In this document: in pieces, positions 1 through 9,377 of the stretch
Numbering within the stretch: position 1 is the first letter of the stretch
Layout of the letters: every line of letters starts with the position of its first letter
Source: an archaeon
GTDB taxonomy: Archaea > Micrarchaeota > Micrarchaeia > Norongarragalinales > UBA97
Length of the DNA: 64,000 bases
Direction of reading: 5' to 3'
Assembly (NCBI GenBank): GCA_020057405.1
Contig: JAGVFW010000003.1
Coordinates: forward strand, 32,001 to 96,000
Notes under the pieces: generated by a model
The model's input: only the letters and a program-made list of their open reading frames with translations
Database searches by the model: none
Told to the model about the DNA's origin: nothing
Translations under genes and position numbers: made by a program

Positions 1-276
1 CCCTAGGCCGGGCGGCAGGGACTGTTGGTAGGAGTTTCTGAAGAAGCGATTGTTGTTGCCGTAAGTGCTAAAGGGCGCGGTTTCATAGTAGACGCAATTG
101 TCGCGGTGAAAGCCGCCGCTGCAGTGGCCGTAGTCTAAGGCCGCGATTGAGGGAAGCGCTTTTGGCATCGCGGGATAGACCGGCGAGTCTCCTGAAACGG
201 TCCAGAGGTAGGCGGATGCCTGCGGGGCAAGTGTTGCGAAGAGAACGAAAGCAAACGCGATTTTTCCTAGTTTCAT
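1..276 (-). CDS. Secreted hypothetical protein (partial, runs off window start)
   Basis: ATG at 276 after a GGAGGG SD-like site; MKLGKIAFAFVLFATLAPQASA signal-peptide-like N-terminus; open to the window edge. Confidence 0.6.
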   Translation of the reverse strand, partial: MKLGKIAFAFVLFATLAPQASAYLWTVSGDSPVYPAMPKALPSIAALDYGHCSGGFHRDNCVYYETAPFSTYGNNNRFFRNSYQQSLPPGLG

Positions 277-291
277 TTTTCTCCCCTCCCT

Positions 292-702
292 TTAGCACCA
301 GTAGCCATAGCACACGCCGGTTGAGTAGCGCGGGCCGTAAGAGTAGTAGCCGCCGTAGCCCCCGCGGCCGTAGTAGTAGTCATCGTAGGCTGCGACGGGC
401 TGGTAGTTGCCGTTGTAGGACGGGTTGTAGTAAGAGGCGTAGTAGGAGTTGGCGCCGTAGTTGGAACCACCGTAATAGCCGTAGCCATAGTTTGAGCCGT
501 AAGCGTAACCTGAACCGTAGACGCTTGGAGTGTAGCCGACGGGATAGCCGCCGTAGCAGTTGTAGCAACCCGAATAGTAGTTGCCGTTATTGCCCGAGGA
601 ATAGTAGGCGTAACCGTTTGAGTCGTAGTAACCGAAGGAATAGCCGTATGCCGACGCGAAAGCGGCGATTGACAGCGCAAAGACAAGGAAAGCGAACTTC
701 AT
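292..702 (-). CDS. Secreted Tyr/Gly/Asn-rich low-complexity protein
   Basis: Signal peptide MKFAFLVFALSIAAFASA followed by a YG/GYY-rich body. Confidence 0.7.
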   Translation of the reverse strand: MKFAFLVFALSIAAFASAYGYSFGYYDSNGYAYYSSGNNGNYYSGCYNCYGGYPVGYTPSVYGSGYAYGSNYGYGYYGGSNYGANSYYASYYNPSYNGNYQPVAAYDDYYYGRGGYGGYYSYGPRYSTGVCYGYWC

Positions 703-842
703 TTCAACCCACCCTGACTATAATTCGGCCTAGTCCCGACTTAAAAGCCTTTTCCGCGTGACGCGAACAAGAAAAGCAAGCCGGAAAGGCCGGCAACCTA
801 CTGCCTGACCGCATTATGAATAACCAAAGACTTTTTTGACTC

Positions 843-1820
843 GTGACCATCTTTCCTCAACAACCGGCCGTGCCCATAGCTAACTTCATACCCATTATCT
901 GCAAGAAAATTCGGATAGCTACTGCTCGGAACCGCTTGCTGGAAATTCACGCAAAGAAATTCACAACATACGCGCGCGGAGCTAGGAAGATGGGATATCC
1001 GGAAAGCGTATACCGACGGTACGTTGTTGGAGAAGTGCCATACTCGGTTAAGTTCTTGATAGACTTTTGCGAACAATCCGACGCCGCGCACTTATTGGAC
1101 GAAATCTATCACGAAAACGGCCTCGCCTTTACTGCCAAAAAGGAAAGGGTAATACTTCCGAAAAGCGTGACGCCGTCCCTTGCCTATTTCGTCGGATACT
1201 TGCTCGGAGACGGTTATCTGTGCACCGACGGCAAGCGAATAGAATTCATAGATGAAGATCAGTGCCAACTCGAACAAATAAGCAGTTTGGCCGAGAACTT
1301 GTTTGGCTTTCCGGGAATTCTGCGTGCGCGCCCCAACCCGCCTTCAACTAACAACATATTCCTGCTCACGCTTAGCCGGATAGCTATTCACTCGTTCCTA
1401 AACCTAGTCCTGGGAATACAGCCTGGAACAAAAATCAATTTAGGCATACCCCCACTCGTCAAGGGCAACCGGGAGCTGCTGCGGTGGTTCCCGAGGGGCG
1501 TTTTTGATGCTGACGGGACCTTGCCAAAAAATCCGGAAAAAGCGAAACAGCTTTTCATTGACATTGCTTTAAAAGACTTGAATTTCATAATAGAAATAAG
1601 GGAGGCTTTGGAGACATTTGGCGTGAAAACGCTTGAGCCTTACCCTAGAAAATCGCTATCACCTGCAACCGGAAAAAGCTGCGTAACTTGGGAATTACGA
1701 ATACGCCGGAAGGGAGAAATTTCAGAATTTCTCCACGAGATTGGATTCATTCACCCGAAGAAAATGGAAAGACAAGCAAGAACGATTGCTTTTATTGGGC
1801 CCGTAGCTCAGCCCGGATAG
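843..1820 (+). CDS. Double-motif LAGLIDADG homing-endonuclease-like protein
   Basis: Motifs LAYFVGYLLGDG and WFPRGVFDADG; C-terminal FLHEIGFIHPKK; stop codon lies inside the tRNA. Confidence 0.8.
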   Translation: MTIFPQQPAVPIANFIPIICKKIRIATARNRLLEIHAKKFTTYARGARKMGYPESVYRRYVVGEVPYSVKFLIDFCEQSDAAHLLDEIYHENGLAFTAKKERVILPKSVTPSLAYFVGYLLGDGYLCTDGKRIEFIDEDQCQLEQISSLAENLFGFPGILRARPNPPSTNNIFLLTLSRIAIHSFLNLVLGIQPGTKINLGIPPLVKGNRELLRWFPRGVFDADGTLPKNPEKAKQLFIDIALKDLNFIIEIREALETFGVKTLEPYPRKSLSPATGKSCVTWELRIRRKGEISEFLHEIGFIHPKKMERQARTIAFIGPVAQPG

Positions 1821-1920
1821 AGCGACTGGAGACAAAAGCCAAGCTTCTGCCTCTCGCAAACCTCCTATCTCCGAGCTGGGAGAAAGTAGTAGGTCCCGCG
1901 TTCAAATCGCGGCGGGCCCG
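1797..1920 (+). tRNA. tRNA-Arg(CCT) with two introns (1828-1859 at position 29/30; 1868-1884 at canonical 37/38)
   Basis: Acceptor GGGCCCG/CGGGCCC, D-arm GCTC/GAGC, T-arm CCGCG-TTCAAAT-CGCGG. Removing both introns gives ACTAC-CT-CCT-AA-GTAGT. Both junctions form BHB-like helices (GCGA/TCGC and CTCC/GGAG) with 3-nt bulges. Confidence 0.88.
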
Positions 1921-2007
1921 CTAAACCTTTTTTCCTCCCCTTGAGTCCGAAACTCACGGTTTTTATTGCTCGCTCCGTAATGAATACCGCTTTGGAAGGG
2001 GCGGTTT

Positions 2008-4020
2008 ATGGCGGAGCAAATTGTCCTAGTTGACCTAGGAATCATCGTTCTTGTTGCGCTAGTGTGTGGCATCGTCTTTAGCAGGCTACGCCAGAACAGC
2101 GCCCTTGGCTACATCCTGGCTGGCGTCATCCTCGGGCCCCTTGCGCTAAAGTACTTAGTGCCGGGCACTGGGCTCGCACCGCTTTTCGGCGAGCTTGGCG
2201 TAATAATGATTCTGTTCTACCTGGGCCTTGAGCTTAACATGCACAAGCTTAAGCAAACGGGCGCCATTTCAGCCGTGCTTGCCGTTGCCCAGATGACGGT
2301 AACTTTCGCACTTGGATTCATGGTCGGAAAACTCTTTGGCTTTGGCAACATCGAGAGCATGGTCCTTGGGGCGATGATTGTCGCAACGAGCACGGTCATC
2401 ATATCCAGGTTCCTGATCGAACGCGGGGTTATCGAACGCGTGGACTCGCACATTGCGCTCGGCATTCTCATGTTCCAGGACTTTTTTGCAATCTTCATCC
2501 TCGTTTTGCTAACCAGCCTGGGGGCCGAAAAGTCGCTCAACACGGTTGTGCTAAACGCGCTTCTCTTCATGATTGGCATGTTCTTCATCGTGAGTAAGGC
2601 AAGCCGCCATATCCTGAATTTCTTGCACTCACTTGGCCACGGCGACAAGATGGTGTTCTACGCAATCGGCGTGGGGGTTGTCGCAAGCTATGCCGGAGTG
2701 CTCCTCGGCCTAAGCTCGGCATTGGGAGCGTTCTTCGCGGGCTTTGCCCTTGCAGAGAGCCAGTATGGCGAGCGCATCAAGCGCGAGCTTGGCTTCATCA
2801 GGGAGTTCTTCGTGCTGTTTTTCTTCGTGAGCTTCGGCTCGACTCTGTTCTACGATTTTGAATTAGGCGCGGCCGTGGTGCCAGCCCTCCCGGCGCTCCT
2901 GCCGCTCGTTGCAATCGCCATCACACTCGTAGTCGTTTACCTAATCGGCTCGTCACTGGCACTCTACCTAACCGGCACGCTGATGGGTCTTGACAAGTAT
3001 TCTACGGGCACCATCGCCATGCTGATGACGACGCTCGGGGAATTCGTCATCATCATCGCAAACGCTTCCAGGCCGCTCGTCGATAAGGCGGGGTTTGACG
3101 CTCTTGTGACAATAGGGTTCATGCTCATCATCTTCACTTCACCCCTGACCCCCGTACTCTATGACAACAACAAGAAAATCACCGACTGGTTCTTCTCGCT
3201 CTTGCCAAAGCCCATAAGGAAGGTATTAGACCGCGCCCACGGCGGCGTAGCGCGGCTTGAATCTGCTTCGCACAACCCGATTCTTCACGACCATTACGTC
3301 GTTTCGATGGAGCAGATTGGCAAGCACCTGCTCGTCGCCTTCAGCATCGTGTACTTGAGCATTGCAATCAATGAACAGTTGCCGCAGCTTGGCACCGAGA
3401 TTCTCCCGCGCGAGTTGTCAGTAGGCTTCCTCGTGCTATTGCTCGTCACATGGCCGCTGTACCGCCTCGTCGTCGAGCTGCGCGCCCTTGTCGAGGGGGT
3501 TACGCGCCACTTCATCCACTCGGCGTTTCCGGCAGTGAAAAGAAGCGAGCTTTACATCGAGGACGAGATTGCCGATGTCTTCACCGGCATTTTACTCACG
3601 CTCATCGGCATCGTCGGGGCGGCAATTATCTACTCGACGTTCCCCAAACAGCCGTACTTCCTAATCGCGCCGGTTGCCTACACCATGCTCGCGCTCATGC
3701 AGCTTTCCCGCTCGTTCTATTCCCTCGTTGAGCACTATGAAACGCTCAACTTTCTTTCGGGTGGTGACGCGCCGGCTGACGCCCGCGTCAAGGCGATGGG
3801 CCGCGAGTTCGAGGAGCACTCAAGGCGCTTTAGGATGATTCACGCCGAGCGCGAGCGCGTAACTGAACTCGTGCGCGAGGCCCTTAGACAAAACGACATG
3901 GCGCGCGTGCGAAACCTGCTTATCCACCTCAAGCGCAGCGAGGGCCGCATCCTGGCCGGCATTTCGGAGAAGAAGGGCGAGCACATGCGCCGCTATCTTC
4001 TTAAACAGGCCAAGCCCTAG
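2008..4020 (+). CDS. CPA2 (Kef-type) cation:proton antiporter
   Basis: Many TM helices; GYILAGVILGP, LFYLGLE, FQD and LGAFFAG motifs. Confidence 0.85.
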   Translation: MAEQIVLVDLGIIVLVALVCGIVFSRLRQNSALGYILAGVILGPLALKYLVPGTGLAPLFGELGVIMILFYLGLELNMHKLKQTGAISAVLAVAQMTVTFALGFMVGKLFGFGNIESMVLGAMIVATSTVIISRFLIERGVIERVDSHIALGILMFQDFFAIFILVLLTSLGAEKSLNTVVLNALLFMIGMFFIVSKASRHILNFLHSLGHGDKMVFYAIGVGVVASYAGVLLGLSSALGAFFAGFALAESQYGERIKRELGFIREFFVLFFFVSFGSTLFYDFELGAAVVPALPALLPLVAIAITLVVVYLIGSSLALYLTGTLMGLDKYSTGTIAMLMTTLGEFVIIIANASRPLVDKAGFDALVTIGFMLIIFTSPLTPVLYDNNKKITDWFFSLLPKPIRKVLDRAHGGVARLESASHNPILHDHYVVSMEQIGKHLLVAFSIVYLSIAINEQLPQLGTEILPRELSVGFLVLLLVTWPLYRLVVELRALVEGVTRHFIHSAFPAVKRSELYIEDEIADVFTGILLTLIGIVGAAIIYSTFPKQPYFLIAPVAYTMLALMQLSRSFYSLVEHYETLNFLSGGDAPADARVKAMGREFEEHSRRFRMIHAERERVTELVREALRQNDMARVRNLLIHLKRSEGRILAGISEKKGEHMRRYLLKQAKP

Positions 4021-4022
4021 TA

Positions 4023-4709
4023 GTGATGCAAATGGATGACTCGCAATTAAAAGCAGGCCTCGATGACGTGCGGGCGGCGGTCCTCGCCCTTACCGACAGG
4101 CTGGCGATTAGCATGCGCGGGCTTGAGACCGCAAGCAGTGAACTGCAGGAACTCTCAAGCGAGATGCGCAAGATGCAGCGGGAAATGGCGTCGCACAAGG
4201 CAACCGAGCTGCCGGACTCGCTCCTCTCACTGCCGCTAAAAGTAGACGCGACGATGGCCTCGCAGGCGAGGCTCGTCAACACACTTGATGAAATGCGGCA
4301 CGGCCTCGAGCAGTTGTCGCTCCAGGTCGAGGCAAGCGCAACGAAGAGCGAAAAAGGCGGGGCGGTAAAGGAGCTTGTCGGGGCGGCCCTTGACGAGAAG
4401 CTCGTGATGCTTGCCAAAATCGACGCGGAAACTCTTGAGCAGGCGCGGCGGAACGGAGCCGAACTCGAAGAAAAACTTATTCCGCTTGCCACGCTTGGCG
4501 CCGAGACGCTTGAGCAGACGCGGCGCAACAACGAGGCGCTAGTCAAGCTCGTCGAGAGCCAGAACATCCAGAACGAAGTGCTTGGCGAGACCCTCGGAGC
4601 GCTGCTTGAACTAACTGAACACGTAAAAGCCCGCGTCGAGAAGCTTCCCGAAAAGAAGGAACTCGAGGAAGAAGTCGAGCGGGACATTGCAAAGAAGCTC
4701 TCCGAATAA
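4023..4709 (+). CDS. Coiled-coil hypothetical protein
   Basis: E/L/A/K-rich helical ORF directly after the antiporter; internal repeat AETLEQ(A/T)RRN. Confidence 0.6.
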   Translation: MMQMDDSQLKAGLDDVRAAVLALTDRLAISMRGLETASSELQELSSEMRKMQREMASHKATELPDSLLSLPLKVDATMASQARLVNTLDEMRHGLEQLSLQVEASATKSEKGGAVKELVGAALDEKLVMLAKIDAETLEQARRNGAELEEKLIPLATLGAETLEQTRRNNEALVKLVESQNIQNEVLGETLGALLELTEHVKARVEKLPEKKELEEEVERDIAKKLSE

Positions 4710-4894
4710 TATAAGATGGCTTGCAAGGACGTCGGGCTCAACTACTTCCAATTCAACACTACCGACGAGTTCAACTGGACCGCGCAAACACCCGACCGAA
4801 ACTTCACGGTGTTCAAGTCGGGAACTTGCTAGCTGCTTCAAACAGTCTTTTCGACAAGGCAAAATAGCAGCCGGGTATTGGGACGGCTAGCAAC

Positions 4895-5992
4895 CTAATT
4901 CCTGGCGCCAATTTTCCCTAGTTTTACGCCGGTCTCAAGAATCACCGGAACTTGTTCTAGGGGCGTCGTCCTAAGCAGGGCGGTGATTATGCTCGTGGGG
5001 ATCGAATGCTTTCTCTCAAGCGATTGGACCCGCTTGAACTGCCGGACTTTTTCCTTGATAAGCTGTTTTCCGGAGAACGCCGAAATGCGTTCGTACCACG
5101 CTGCCACGGGTTCGTCCTTGCGTCGCACAAACCCGGGGTTGAGTGCAAACACGTGCTCGTGTTCTGAATAAAGCTCTGAAAGCTGGCCGTCAATCTCTTT
5201 TGCAAGCGATTCGATCGGGGGTTCCTGTCCGTTGGCGGTACCGTCCTTAAGCGTTTTTAGCGCTGCGATGCCGACGGCGAATTTTTCAGAGACATCTTTC
5301 GGCAATACGGCGACGGTGCCGCGATACGCCGGTCTTCTAGCCGGAAATGAAAGGAGGTTGAGGAAAACGTTGTAAGCTGACCAGCGGTTTACGTAATGCG
5401 CTGCAAGCTCCTCGCCAGGCGGTTGTTTCTCGCTTATCGCGTTTGACCACGCGTGCTCGAACTCGTGCCTGCGCGAGATTTTCGCGACCCCGCTGAAAAG
5501 GAATACGCGGGAAAAGTCCTCCAGGTTGAGGCCGTGGTCGGCAATCAGGCGCTTGAAGGCCGGGTGGAAAACCCGTTCCAGCGTCTCGCGGGCATAGTTT
5601 AACTCTCCGCCCCTCAAATCATCGCCAAACTCACGGTCTATGACTCGCTGGTCTATGACCATATTCTGGCCGTAAGGCGTAAACTCGGTTTCCCTGACTT
5701 TAAAGGATTTTACGCCGGGTACGTCTGCAAAAACCGGGATTCCCTGCTCATCGGCCCTCACAAGCGCCTTTACCGCCCGGATTATTCGGCCCACCCGGAG
5801 CGATTTCTTTATGGCCTGGCGCAGTTGGGGCCTTGATGGCTTGAGTCCGCTGGCGTTCAAGTCTTCAACCAGCGCCTTCATTACACGAAGAGTGGAAAAA
5901 TTGTCGTCAAAGCCGTGGGCCTCCACCTCGGCCCGCAGGACCGCTTCGGAAAATGCCTTCCTGAAAGCCTTGGCTGGACGCTCGATCGCCAT
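4895..5992 (-). CDS. Hypothetical protein (possible HExxH motif HEFEH)
   Basis: 365-aa ORF; family not recognised. Confidence 0.55.
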   Translation of the reverse strand: MAIERPAKAFRKAFSEAVLRAEVEAHGFDDNFSTLRVMKALVEDLNASGLKPSRPQLRQAIKKSLRVGRIIRAVKALVRADEQGIPVFADVPGVKSFKVRETEFTPYGQNMVIDQRVIDREFGDDLRGGELNYARETLERVFHPAFKRLIADHGLNLEDFSRVFLFSGVAKISRRHEFEHAWSNAISEKQPPGEELAAHYVNRWSAYNVFLNLLSFPARRPAYRGTVAVLPKDVSEKFAVGIAALKTLKDGTANGQEPPIESLAKEIDGQLSELYSEHEHVFALNPGFVRRKDEPVAAWYERISAFSGKQLIKEKVRQFKRVQSLERKHSIPTSIITALLRTTPLEQVPVILETGVKLGKIGARN

Positions 5993-6025
5993 GCAGATTA
6001 GTTGCCGCCCCCTGAAATAAAAAGC

Positions 6026-6814
6026 CTACCACTCTTTCTTGTGTCCCATCGTGTCGCGGTGGCACTTCCCGAATTCGGCTAGCTTTAGCGACTCGACGCC
6101 CGTAAATACCGGACCCTGCTTGCACACGAGGCCGCCCCCTGCGTCGCACTTGCCGCAAACGCCGATGCCGCACCCCATGTAGCGCTCGAGGGCGAGCTGC
6201 GATGGCAGGTCGTGCGCAAGGGCGACTTTTGCAACTGCTTCCATCATTTTCTCCGGCCCGCAGGCGTAGATGCAGTCAAACTTACTGCCGTCTGAAATTA
6301 GTTTTTCAGCCAACTCGTGCGGCCGGCCCTTGAACCCTGCGCTTCCGTCGTCGGTTGAGACGAACGCCTCGATGCCCATGCGCGTAAACTCGTTTTCGAA
6401 AATCGCGTCGTCTTTAGTGCGCGCGCCAATTACCATGACGGGCGTGATGCCGGCCGCAAGGCATTGTTCTGCAAGGAAGTTTAGTGCCGCAACTCCGTAG
6501 CCCCCGCCGACTAGCAGAACAGATTTGTATGATGGCTCGAGCCAGAACCCCTTGCCGAACGGCCCGCGAATGCTTAGCTTGTCGCCCGCCTTGAATGCAG
6601 CGAGCTTTTTCGAGAATGACCCGACTGCTGCAATGCTAAGACGCAGCGGAACGGCATTAACAATGCAAAACGGCTTTTCGTCCATTCCGGGAAGCCACAC
6701 CATCACAAACTGCCCTGGCTTTGCACCCGGCATGGAGCAGTCAAGCTCAAGAGTGTTGACGCGGTAATTTTCCTTGCGCACTGAAGTAATCGGGGCGGTA
6801 GTGTAGTAGGACAT
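6026..6814 (-). CDS. pyrK: Dihydroorotate dehydrogenase electron transfer subunit
   Basis: PGQFVMVW, GPFGKGF, GGGYG, CGPEKM and CGIGVCGKC...VCKQGPVF [2Fe-2S] motif. Confidence 0.95.
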   Translation of the reverse strand: MSYYTTAPITSVRKENYRVNTLELDCSMPGAKPGQFVMVWLPGMDEKPFCIVNAVPLRLSIAAVGSFSKKLAAFKAGDKLSIRGPFGKGFWLEPSYKSVLLVGGGYGVAALNFLAEQCLAAGITPVMVIGARTKDDAIFENEFTRMGIEAFVSTDDGSAGFKGRPHELAEKLISDGSKFDCIYACGPEKMMEAVAKVALAHDLPSQLALERYMGCGIGVCGKCDAGGGLVCKQGPVFTGVESLKLAEFGKCHRDTMGHKKEW

Positions 6815-6820
6815 AGCGGC

Positions 6821-7768
6821 TCACTCGTGCGCCTTTGAAATCAGCTGCTTGGCCGAATTGTAGCCGTTTGCGTCCATCCAGGCGGTCATTTCGCTGCACA
6901 CTTGATTGAATACAGTCAGCTCACGGTAGAAGGCCGCAGTGCCGATGCCAACTGCACTGGCGCCAGCCATCATCATTTCAATGGCATCCTCGCCGGAGAA
7001 AACGCCGCCGGTGCCGATGATTGCGGTGTCAGGAAGTGCCGCGCGGATGCGGTAGACGCACTTGATTGCAAGCGGCTTTAGGGCAGGGCCCGAGAGGCCG
7101 CCGTACTTGTTGGCAAGAATTGGCTTGGCGCGGTTAATGTCAATCGCCATTCCTGGACCGGCGGTGTTCACTGCAGTGATGCCACCAGCGCCCGACTCGA
7201 CGCACGCCCTTGCGATGAGCTCGATTGCGGGCACGTCGGGAGAGAGTTTTGCAAAAATGGGAATCGATTTGGGCACGCGGCTTGCAGCTTCCTCAACTGC
7301 CTTCGCGGAGGCCTTCTCGCTTAGGCAAAAGAGTCCGCCGAACTCGTCCTCTACGTTCGGGCAGCTCATGTCAAGCTCGATTGCGTCGGGTGCGGCTTTT
7401 GAAATAAGCTCGGCGGCGAGGCCGAACTCCTCGGCTGTTGAGGCAAACACGCTTGCGATAATCGGGGTTTTGGTGAGGCGCTTGTACTCTGCAATCTCGG
7501 CGGCCTTTTCCTCGACTCCGGGGTTGCTTAGCCCAACCGCGTTGAGAAACCAGCCTTTTGAGAGAGCGTCGACGACAATGGGATTCGCGTGGCCCTTTCT
7601 TTCCTTGACGCTTGCGCTCTTGCTCGTGATTGCGCCAGCCCCGCCCTCGTTAGCGACTTTCGCCATAAGTTGTGCGGTCGTGCCAAGGATGCCGCTTGCC
7701 AGGACAGTAGGGTTGGAAAGTTGCATGCCAGCAAGCTGCACTTTTAGGTCAACGGTCATCAATGCCAC
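6821..7768 (-). CDS. pyrD: Dihydroorotate dehydrogenase class 1B catalytic subunit
   Basis: NPTVLASG, NAVGLSNPG, SCPNV, AKLSP, GGLSGPALKP. Confidence 0.95.
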   Translation of the reverse strand: MALMTVDLKVQLAGMQLSNPTVLASGILGTTAQLMAKVANEGGAGAITSKSASVKERKGHANPIVVDALSKGWFLNAVGLSNPGVEEKAAEIAEYKRLTKTPIIASVFASTAEEFGLAAELISKAAPDAIELDMSCPNVEDEFGGLFCLSEKASAKAVEEAASRVPKSIPIFAKLSPDVPAIELIARACVESGAGGITAVNTAGPGMAIDINRAKPILANKYGGLSGPALKPLAIKCVYRIRAALPDTAIIGTGGVFSGEDAIEMMMAGASAVGIGTAAFYRELTVFNQVCSEMTAWMDANGYNSAKQLISKAHE

Positions 7769-7837
7769 CGGACTACCCTAGGTTGCCCAAAGCTTTTATT
7801 TGCTAGTAAGCTGTGCTATACTTAGACCAGATAACCC

Positions 7838-9328
7838 ATGGCGCTTCTCTTTGACTACTCAAAAAAACCTGCAAGCGCGCTTTTCATCGCGCACTCGGCA
7901 AGCCCTGACTTTGCCGGGGCAAAGGCCCGCTTTGATGCACTGCACGCCCTTTCCGCAAGCGGCGGCACGCAAGTCAACGCAAGGTTCCTGACTGGATTTA
8001 GCGGCCTCGTGCCGCAGTGGGCCGGCGGGACTTCCCAAAACAAGCTGCTAAGCGCGCTAGCCGGCCTGCCAGTCTACGCCAACCACAATGGCGTGCTCCT
8101 TGCGTCAATCGGCGCAGCCGATGCCGGGGAAGTGGCGCAATACCTGGCGCAAGGGACGACAACAGGTGAGCCTCAATCAACTGGCGAACGGGCTGAACTG
8201 TCCGGCCGGGAAAGCCACGCGCTTTACTCTGCCGCAAGGGCGCTAGTCAAGTCTGCAGGCTTTCAAACAGTAGTGTGCGAGGGGTGGCCGTCTTTTGAGG
8301 CGGGCCTGCGGCTGAAAAAAGAACTTGGGATAAAAGCAATCTTCTCTTTCCACGGCGCCTCAGCCGACAGGTCAGTGCAGGGGCAGGAGCGCGCTGCAGT
8401 CGAGGCAGGCGACGCGCTGCTTTTCTCGCAAACAGGAGCCCTTGAGTCGGTGTTAGAGAGGCACCGGAGTTCGGGCAAAACGACTTCAATTTCAAGGCAC
8501 GCCGGGGCGCTTGCGCAAATGACCCTCGCGCTCAATCTTTCAAGCGAGAAGGCTGTCCTCGAGCGGGTCGTCTCAAGCCTCGGCGCCTCCGTTGAGGAAA
8601 AACGCAGTGCGATAGCGCTTGTCAAGCAGGCCGGCCACGCGCTCGAACTATTGGGGGCCAACCGCGGCGTGTTCCACTTGCGCACGCCGACCATAGCGCT
8701 TTTGCCCCACGGCCTCACGCACAACTACATACCCTCGGCGGGACCTGGCGACTTTGCTTTTGCGCGAAAGAAAATGGAGTCGCTTAGTGCAGCAAGCGGC
8801 AGGAAACTCTCAGGCAAGCGGCTGATTTACGCGCACGCGCGTGACGCTGTTGACGGCATAAAAATGCTTGAGACGCTTGCGGCTTTACCGTCAGACGTCG
8901 CGATGGCAATCCACTCGGACTCGGCGTGGGATTTTGCAGGCAATGCCAAACGCTTGGGGGTTGAGGAGCGGGCGGCGCGCATTGAGCAGGCAGGCGAACT
9001 TGAAATGCTGGCTTGCGAGGCCCTCGCGCTTCCAAGCCCTACGCCATCCGTGCTCTCAAGCGCGCTTCGCGCCTGTCGCATGGCGCAAATGGCGGGGTTG
9101 GCAGGACCAGTGCTTCTGTTGGGTGACAATCCCGTCCACTCGCTTTCGGAAAATGTCCTGCTAAGCCGCTCCCAGACTAGTGCGCAACGCGCCTACCTCA
9201 TTGCAAGTGCAATGGAAGACCGTGCGCTAAATGAGAAGCTGAAGATGTCTGCCCTCGCGGTTGCTGGAAGGGAATGGACCGGCAGGGCAAGCAGCCAAGA
9301 GCTCGCGGCGTTCATTGCGGGCGTTTAG
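7838..9328 (+). CDS. Divergent glycosyltransferase-like (GT-B/GT4) protein
   Basis: Weak GT4-like segments (EGWPSFEAGLRLKKELGIKAIFSFH; IALLPHG); catalytic motifs degenerate. Confidence 0.45.
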   Translation: MALLFDYSKKPASALFIAHSASPDFAGAKARFDALHALSASGGTQVNARFLTGFSGLVPQWAGGTSQNKLLSALAGLPVYANHNGVLLASIGAADAGEVAQYLAQGTTTGEPQSTGERAELSGRESHALYSAARALVKSAGFQTVVCEGWPSFEAGLRLKKELGIKAIFSFHGASADRSVQGQERAAVEAGDALLFSQTGALESVLERHRSSGKTTSISRHAGALAQMTLALNLSSEKAVLERVVSSLGASVEEKRSAIALVKQAGHALELLGANRGVFHLRTPTIALLPHGLTHNYIPSAGPGDFAFARKKMESLSAASGRKLSGKRLIYAHARDAVDGIKMLETLAALPSDVAMAIHSDSAWDFAGNAKRLGVEERAARIEQAGELEMLACEALALPSPTPSVLSSALRACRMAQMAGLAGPVLLLGDNPVHSLSENVLLSRSQTSAQRAYLIASAMEDRALNEKLKMSALAVAGREWTGRASSQELAAFIAGV

Positions 9329-9377
9329 CGGCCCTCGGGAGAGCTAGGTAATTGTAGTGCCTAACTTTAGCAATTGC

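Noticed and set aside
147-761. Arg/Ser-rich 204-aa plus-strand ORF
   Set aside because: Antisense shadow of the Tyr/Gly-rich gene, which has a signal peptide and SD.
843-1820. Intein or intron-encoded status of the LAGLIDADG ORF
   Set aside because: No intein splicing motifs or host exteins, and no upstream RNA exon found; it appears free-standing.
1828-1867. tRNA-Glu(CTC) reading of the tRNA
   Set aside because: The Arg(CCT) reading gives a perfect anticodon stem and BHB-consistent junctions; the CTC lies within intron 1.
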